Source: an uncultured SAR116 cluster alpha proteobacterium
GTDB lineage: Bacteria > Pseudomonadota > Alphaproteobacteria > Puniceispirillales > Marisalimonadaceae
Direction: 5' to 3'
NCBI GenBank assembly: GCA_902622875.1
Contig: CACNRW010000011.1
Coordinates: 6,289-70,288, forward strand
Length of the DNA stretch: 64,000 nt
Positions 58,216 through 64,000 of the stretch are shown in pieces; within the stretch, counting starts at the first letter, position 1; each line of letters starts with the position of its first letter. The notes under the pieces were generated by a model. It ran no database searches and was not told the origin of the DNA. It was given only the letters and a program-made list of their open reading frames with translations. Position numbers and translations under genes: made by a program.

Positions 58216-58959
58216 TTAATAAATAATTTTATAATATAACCTTCCTATATTTTCTCTTATAAACCTTGAAGTTTTGTTTAGTGATCCAATATTTGGAAGA
58301 AATGATAAAAGAGTAATATTTCTATTTTGATATTTAAAATCTACTGGATATGGAATTACATTTAATCCCTTCTTTTCAAACAAATACTTTGATCTATGCA
58401 TATGAAATGCTGAAGTTACGAGTATAATAGAAGAATTGTTTGGAATAAGTTTTGTAACAGCAATACTTTCTTCATAAGTATTCTTTACTTTTTCAGTAAC
58501 TAAAATCTCACCTGGAACACCTAAGGCTATTGCCTTATCCTTAAGAATAAAACCCTCAGGCTTCCAGTTCTCTGTCCATGGTAATTGACCCGCTGTAAAT
58601 ATTAACTTATTTGCTTTCTGTTGTTTAATTAAATCTATACCTGCAAAAAAACGATCTGGATCTGAAAATTCATAAGTTGAGTATTTTTGGTCACCTACTT
58701 GATGAAGCATTCCACTTAGCACAACAACAGCATCATTCTCTTTTAAGGAAGATATAGGTATTGCCTTGTATGGGGATTCCAACTTTTGAGCAAGATAATT
58801 ACCTACAAAAGGATTAGTAGAAATTAATAGAATTAATAAAGATAAAAAAACATAAAATTTTCTTCGATTAAAGAAAAAAATAATTAATAAGATTAGCACA
58901 ATACCCAAAGGAGACAAAAAGAAAGGTAATATTTTGTGCAAATAAATCAAATATAACAA
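58216..58959 (-). CDS. YdcF/ElyC (DUF218) membrane-anchored protein
   Basis: VVLSG, DRF, NTYEE, LVTSAFHMHR, PVD, RENIG. Confidence 0.9.
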   Translation of the reverse strand: MLYLIYLHKILPFFLSPLGIVLILLIIFFFNRRKFYVFLSLLILLISTNPFVGNYLAQKLESPYKAIPISSLKENDAVVVLSGMLHQVGDQKYSTYEFSDPDRFFAGIDLIKQQKANKLIFTAGQLPWTENWKPEGFILKDKAIALGVPGEILVTEKVKNTYEESIAVTKLIPNNSSIILVTSAFHMHRSKYLFEKKGLNVIPYPVDFKYQNRNITLLSFLPNIGSLNKTSRFIRENIGRLYYKIIY

Positions 58960-59006
58960 CTATTTAAGTTATAATATAAACCAACTATATCATATTAGGC
59001 TGGAAT

Positions 59007-59708
59007 TTAAATGGTTTTATTTGTATATAGTCCGTAACCACCATCTCTTACTGTTCTTATAGGATCTAAACTTTTATCTGAGACAGTCTTTAGTGCTTTT
59101 CTTAATCTACTCATATGAACATCTACTGTTCTTTCTTCAACATAAACACCATGCCCCCAAACCAAATCTAATAATTTACCTCTAGAGAAAATATGTCCTG
59201 GTCTTTCCATTAATAATGTAAGTAATTTAAATTCTTTAGGTCCAAGTTTTACATTTTTGTCAAAATAAGCAACAGTCATTTCATTAAGGGAAATCTTTAG
59301 ATTTTCATGTTCTAAAATATTATTAATTAAACCAGGCCTAGATCGTCTTAGAAGAGCATTTACTCTTGATATGAGTTCTTTTGGAGAAAAAGGTTTAGAA
59401 ATATAATCGTCAGCTCCAGTGTCTAATCCTAAAGATTTGTCTGAGTCATCGCTTCTTGCACTAAGAATAATTATAGGTAATTGCTTAGTCTCAGATCTTG
59501 ACCTTAAGGTTCTACATAAATCAATACCAGACATGGTAGGCATCATCCAGTCTAAAATAACTAAATCTGGGGAATGATCCTCAATCAGCTGTAATGCATT
59601 TTTACCGTCTCTTGCTTTGATTATTCCAAATCCTGAAGTTTCAAGATTGTATGCCATCAACTCTAACTGGTTGGGTTCATCATCAGCAATTAAAATATTA
59701 GTTTTCAT
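59007..59708 (-). CDS. phoB: Phosphate regulon response regulator
   Basis: LDWMMP, GADDYISKPFS, GPKEFKLL, EERTVDVH; follows phoU. Confidence 0.95.
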   Translation of the reverse strand: MKTNILIADDEPNQLELMAYNLETSGFGIIKARDGKNALQLIEDHSPDLVILDWMMPTMSGIDLCRTLRSRSETKQLPIIILSARSDDSDKSLGLDTGADDYISKPFSPKELISRVNALLRRSRPGLINNILEHENLKISLNEMTVAYFDKNVKLGPKEFKLLTLLMERPGHIFSRGKLLDLVWGHGVYVEERTVDVHMSRLRKALKTVSDKSLDPIRTVRDGGYGLYTNKTI

Positions 59709-60426
59709 TTTTTAACTCTTTTTCAGGAATGATAAGACTACTTTCATCGGCCTTTGGTCTGTGGTCAGATAAAACAGTTCCGTTCACTAAAAAATAAACT
59801 TGCTCCGCAATATCTGTAACATAATCAGCAACACGCTCAATATTTTTGGCAATAAAAAGAAGGTGAGCACCTGTAGGTGCTAATTTTTTGTTTCTTTGCA
59901 TTGATGCAACAATTTCTAAATAATATTGTGTATGCATTTTATCAATTTTTACATCTGAATTTCTTACTTTAACAGCCAATTTGTCGTCTTCATTAACATA
60001 TGAATCTATGACGTCTTCTATCATTGTAATTGTTTTCTGACCCATTTTTCCGATATTAACCCCTGGCAAATCAGAATAATTTAATTCAACTAACAATTTT
60101 GTTCGATTAGATATGTTTCTTGAATAGTCACCAATTCTCTCAAAAATCGTAGCAATTTTTAGCGCAACAATAATTCTTCTTAAATCAGCCGCTTGGGGGG
60201 CTCTTAAGGCAATTATTTCAAAACCTAATTTTTGCACTTTATCATCTAATTCGTCTAAAATTATATCCCCATTAATAACCTTGTCTATTTCACCAATATC
60301 TTGGGTCCCAAAATTATCAATACAACTATCGAAGTTAGTTAAGGCACCGTTACCAAGCTTGAGAAGATTGTCATTAAGTTTTTTTAAATCATCATCAAAA
60401 GATGATAAAATATGTTTATTTTCCAT
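59698..60426 (-). CDS. phoU: Phosphate signalling protein PhoU
   Basis: HILSSFD, PQAADLR, ERIGD, KNIERVAD. Confidence 0.95.
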   Translation of the reverse strand: MENKHILSSFDDDLKKLNDNLLKLGNGALTNFDSCIDNFGTQDIGEIDKVINGDIILDELDDKVQKLGFEIIALRAPQAADLRRIIVALKIATIFERIGDYSRNISNRTKLLVELNYSDLPGVNIGKMGQKTITMIEDVIDSYVNEDDKLAVKVRNSDVKIDKMHTQYYLEIVASMQRNKKLAPTGAHLLFIAKNIERVADYVTDIAEQVYFLVNGTVLSDHRPKADESSLIIPEKELKNEN

Positions 60427-60434
60427 TTTTACTC

Positions 60435-61253
60435 CTAACCGATTTTCCCAGAAATATATGCCTCTGTTTGATTATGTCGAGGTCTTGTAAATATCTCTTT
60501 TGTTTTACCTACCTCAATTAATTTGCCTAAATGAAAATAAGCTGTTCTTTTAGAAACTCTTGCTGCCTGCTGCATAGAATGAGTAACAATAACTATAGAG
60601 TACTCATTACCAAGTTCATGTATTAGTTCTTCAATTTTAGCTGTTGCAATTGGATCAAGAGCAGAGCATGGTTCATCCATCAAAATGACCTCTGGACTTA
60701 CAGCAATAGCTCTAGCAATACATAGTCGTTGTTGTTGTCCGCCTGAAAGCCCTGTTCCAGGACTTAATAGCCTATCATTTACTTCTTCCCATAATCCTGC
60801 CCTTTTCAAAGACTCTTCTACAATATTATCTAAATGTTCTTTATTTTCTGATAGCCCATGTATTCGAGGGCCATAAGCAACGTTATCATATATTGATTTA
60901 GGAAAAGGATTAGGTTTCTGAAAAACCATGCCGATACGAGCTCTTAAAGGAACAACATCAATTTTTTCATTATAGATATTTTCATTATCAAGTGTAATTT
61001 TACCCTCAATACGACAACTATCTATAGTGTCATTCATTCTATTAAAACAACGAAGAAATGTAGATTTACCACAACCAGAGGGACCGATAAGAGATATGAC
61101 CTCCTTATTCCCTATATCAATAGTAACATTATCAATGGCTTTGTTACTTCCGTAAAAAACATTAACATTTCTAGCCTTCAGCCTAGCATCTTTTGAAAAT
61201 ACATCACCAACCGTTAAATCTAAATTCTTAAAATCTTCTTTAATATTTTCCAT
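60435..61253 (-). CDS. pstB: Phosphate ABC transporter ATPase
   Basis: [41 protein letters not shown]. Confidence 0.97.
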   Translation of the reverse strand: MENIKEDFKNLDLTVGDVFSKDARLKARNVNVFYGSNKAIDNVTIDIGNKEVISLIGPSGCGKSTFLRCFNRMNDTIDSCRIEGKITLDNENIYNEKIDVVPLRARIGMVFQKPNPFPKSIYDNVAYGPRIHGLSENKEHLDNIVEESLKRAGLWEEVNDRLLSPGTGLSGGQQQRLCIARAIAVSPEVILMDEPCSALDPIATAKIEELIHELGNEYSIVIVTHSMQQAARVSKRTAYFHLGKLIEVGKTKEIFTRPRHNQTEAYISGKIG

Positions 61254-61265
61254 GCTTTTTAGCCC

Positions 61266-62561
61266 TTACCATCTTCTTTCTAGTTTTTTTCTTAGATAAA
61301 CCGCAAAAGCATTCATAGAAATAAGAAATCCTAGCAAAACAATAATTGCAGCACTAGTTTTTTGTATAAACATTCTCTCAGCAAAGTCTGCCCACATAAA
61401 AATTTGAACTGGCAAAACTGTTCCTGGATCCATTACACTATTTGGAATGTCAACAATAAAAGCAACCATACCAATCATTAATAGAGGTGCTGTTTCACCT
61501 AATGCTTGTGCCATTCCTATTATGGTTCCCGTTAACATTCCTGGCATAGCTAATGGTATAACGTGATGGAAAATAACTTGTAATTTTGATGCTCCAATCC
61601 CATAAGCAGCATCTCTAACTGAAGGCGGGACTGCTCTAATGGCAGCCCTAGATGATATTATTATTGTTGGTAAAGTCATTAACGCTAGAACCATACCACC
61701 AACCAAAGGAATAGATCTGGGCATTCCAAATATACTTATAAAAATTGCTAATCCCATAATCCCAAAAACAACCGAAGGAACTGCTGCTAAATTATTTATG
61801 TTAACTTCTATGAATTCAGTTATTCTATTTTTCTTAGCTATCTCTTCCAAATAAACAGCCGTTGCTACACCTAAAGGAAATGAAATTAATAAACAGATTG
61901 ATAAAGTTAACATTGATCCTATGAATGCTCCTTTTATACCAGCCATTTCAGGATTTCCAGATGCACTACCCTTTAGAATATAATCACTAAACTCATAAGT
62001 TATTCTACCATCTTGATTGAGTTTATCTACAAAACCTATAACTTTGTCACTTATTCTTCTCTCTGACTCTGGTGTTTCTCTTTTAATATAACCACGCAAA
62101 AAACTATCTATATCGTCATCTAGAGCAAACTTGACTTTAGTAATTGTACCAAATAGAGAAGGATTATTTTTAACCATTTTTGCAATTCTTACATCCTTTC
62201 CAGATGAAACAATTTTTTTTGCTTGTTTTTTAGCTTTTCTTCCTTTTGGTTCTATAATAGAAAACAGTGATTCATTAACAATTTTACTTGCTTCTCCGTC
62301 AAACAAAGAATTATCGGAAAGGTCTCCCTGTGGATCAATCCTGTCTCTGTCAAAATTTATATCAAGGGTAACGTAGTACTGAAAAAACCCTGGATAACCT
62401 TTTGTAAATATTGAGTAAAACAAAAACAATAAAAAGCATACAGCCAAGCCTATTGCAATTCTTCCATACAGTTTAAGTCTATTATCCTTTGACCTTCTTT
62501 TAACAATAGATTTTTTTACGGTATTTGTAGCTTCTAATGGAGTAATTCTTTTTTTATTCAT
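61266..62561 (-). CDS. pstA: Phosphate ABC transporter permease PstA
   Basis: VYLEE, NINNLAAVPS, GETAPL, LPVQI. Confidence 0.96.
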   Translation of the reverse strand: MNKKRITPLEATNTVKKSIVKRRSKDNRLKLYGRIAIGLAVCFLLFLFYSIFTKGYPGFFQYYVTLDINFDRDRIDPQGDLSDNSLFDGEASKIVNESLFSIIEPKGRKAKKQAKKIVSSGKDVRIAKMVKNNPSLFGTITKVKFALDDDIDSFLRGYIKRETPESERRISDKVIGFVDKLNQDGRITYEFSDYILKGSASGNPEMAGIKGAFIGSMLTLSICLLISFPLGVATAVYLEEIAKKNRITEFIEVNINNLAAVPSVVFGIMGLAIFISIFGMPRSIPLVGGMVLALMTLPTIIISSRAAIRAVPPSVRDAAYGIGASKLQVIFHHVIPLAMPGMLTGTIIGMAQALGETAPLLMIGMVAFIVDIPNSVMDPGTVLPVQIFMWADFAERMFIQKTSAAIIVLLGFLISMNAFAVYLRKKLERRW

Positions 62562-63942
62562 ACTGTTCTCTATATTTTTTTACAATATGCAAGGCATAAA
62601 AATTCATACCTAAAGTGATAATTATTAAAGTAAGTGCTAATGCGAATGCAGATAAGGTTTTAGCGGACTCAAATTCTTGGTCACCAACAAGAATTGTAAC
62701 AATTTGAGAAGTTACTGTCGTAACTGCTTCTAGGGGATTAGCAGTTAGATTAGCAGCCAAACCAGCTGCCATTACAACTATCATTGTTTCTCCCACAGCT
62801 CTAGACACAGCTAAAATTATACTAGCAACAACTCCTGGCAAAGCGGCAGGCAGAACTATTTTCATTACAGTTTCATTCTTGGTAGATCCTAATCCATAGC
62901 CAGCATCTCTTAGAGATTGAGGCACAGCATTTATAACATCGTCAGATAATGAAGAAATAAAGGGAATAATCATTATTCCCATAACCAAACCAGCTGCAAG
63001 AGCTGACTCAGAAGCAACATCAAGTCCTAAAACAGAGCCTGATGACCTCAAGAAAGGAGCAACTGTTAATGCAGCAAAAAAACCGTAAACAACAGTGGGA
63101 ATACCTGCTAAAATTTCGAGTAATGGTTTAAAAAAAGCCCTTTCTTTAGAAGTTGCATATTCAGATAAATAAATCGCACTAAATAAACCTATGGGAACTG
63201 ATACACATAAAGCAATTATAGATATTAAAAAAGTACCTGCAAATAATGGAATAGCGCCATATTGAGATAATCCTTCCTGGCCAGATCCAGCTCTTTCAGC
63301 ACCCTCAAACTGAGGATTCCAAACTGTACCAAATAAAAAATCGTCGTAAGGTATTAGTGCAAAAAATCTGATAGATTCAAAAACAACAGAGAAAATAATG
63401 GCTACAGTGGTTAAAATAGCTATAATCGAACTTACAGCGAGAATACTCATAACTATTTTTTCCACTGCATTTCTAGATCTAAATTTATGATTAATTTTTC
63501 TATAACCTAAAAAGCCAGAAATTATAGCTGTAAAAATACATGAAATAGATGTTAAAATTTGAGATTGATAAACCCAAGATTTCCACACTTCTGCTGCATC
63601 CGTTACCCATTGATCTGGGGTTCCAAAAATAAGGCCTTCTACAGAGTTTTTAATCTGAGCTAAAACAATCGTGAAATTGTAATCTTCTGAATTTACAACT
63701 TCAATAGGGACATAATTTTGGATTAAACTTGCAAATAATAAATCATCACCAATAGTAAATATAAAATACATACCTAGAGATGGTAATAACGATGCTAATA
63801 AAACAAAAATGCCATAATAATGGGATAATGAATGTAATTTAATATTATTAATTTTTTTAATATTTTTGGCTTCATTGTGACCAATAATAAAGAATAATAG
63901 GGAGATAAAAATAATACCAATAAGAAGGTAAAAGTTAAACAA
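62554..63942 (-). CDS. pstC: Phosphate ABC transporter permease PstC
   Basis: YLSEYA, KPLLEILAGIPTVVYGFF, SRAVGETM. Confidence 0.96.
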   Translation of the reverse strand: MFNFYLLIGIIFISLLFFIIGHNEAKNIKKINNIKLHSLSHYYGIFVLLASLLPSLGMYFIFTIGDDLLFASLIQNYVPIEVVNSEDYNFTIVLAQIKNSVEGLIFGTPDQWVTDAAEVWKSWVYQSQILTSISCIFTAIISGFLGYRKINHKFRSRNAVEKIVMSILAVSSIIAILTTVAIIFSVVFESIRFFALIPYDDFLFGTVWNPQFEGAERAGSGQEGLSQYGAIPLFAGTFLISIIALCVSVPIGLFSAIYLSEYATSKERAFFKPLLEILAGIPTVVYGFFAALTVAPFLRSSGSVLGLDVASESALAAGLVMGIMIIPFISSLSDDVINAVPQSLRDAGYGLGSTKNETVMKIVLPAALPGVVASIILAVSRAVGETMIVVMAAGLAANLTANPLEAVTTVTSQIVTILVGDQEFESAKTLSAFALALTLIIITLGMNFYALHIVKKYREQYE

Positions 63943-63954
63943 AAAATATCTCCT

Positions 63955-63983
63955 AAAAAAGGGACTAACAATGTTAGTCCCTT
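63955..63983 (-). terminator. Hairpin upstream of pstC (likely after pstS, which would lie outside the window)
   Basis: Minus strand AAGGGACTAAC-ATT-GTTAGTCCCTTTTTT. Confidence 0.75.
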
Positions 63984-64000
63984 GATAAATTATTTATTTT

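Noticed and set aside
788-62376. About 30 short ORF-track entries (61-155 aa) overlapping longer genes, e.g. 10149..10604, 36817..37284, 32404..32715, 56891..57196
   Set aside because: Antisense or overlapping shadows of well-supported genes, with no family motifs
1-64000. CRISPR arrays, tRNA/rRNA, riboswitches, prophage, IS elements, defence systems
   Set aside because: No regularly spaced repeats, structured RNA signatures or mobility genes seen; intergenic gaps are short and explained by promoters/terminators. A covariance-model scan was not possible

Overview
Very AT-rich, densely packed bacterial DNA. Codon style and gene content suggest a streamlined, probably marine, alphaproteobacterium (inference). 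About 58 kb (1-58214) is a catabolic super-island: two tripartite tricarboxylate (TTT) systems, one TRAP system with a recently duplicated DctP and a separate orphan DctP, a peptide-type ABC transporter, two xanthine-dehydrogenase-family molybdenum hydroxylases, a luciferase-like monooxygenase and flavin reductase, a DhpH-like FAD monooxygenase, a DHPON-hydrolase-like enzyme, three cyclase-family amidohydrolases, an HpsN/HisD paralog and many dehydrogenases and hydrolases. The last 5.8 kb holds ydcF and the pstCAB-phoU-phoB operon. The main signal not explained by the ORF track is a bipartite LysR-type motif (ATCA-N7-TGAT-N17-ATCATTTAA-like) found 8 times in promoter regions across 43 kb. It ties scattered operons into one candidate regulon around the single LysR gene, probably for an uncharacterised N-heteroaromatic substrate. 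A second motif (ATAC-N6-GTAT) suggests a small TetR regulon that has captured the duplicated DctP. A disrupted DUF2798-like gene and five hairpin terminators were also found. No rRNA, tRNA, CRISPR, phage or transposase was seen. All functional calls come from motif recognition by eye; no searches were run.
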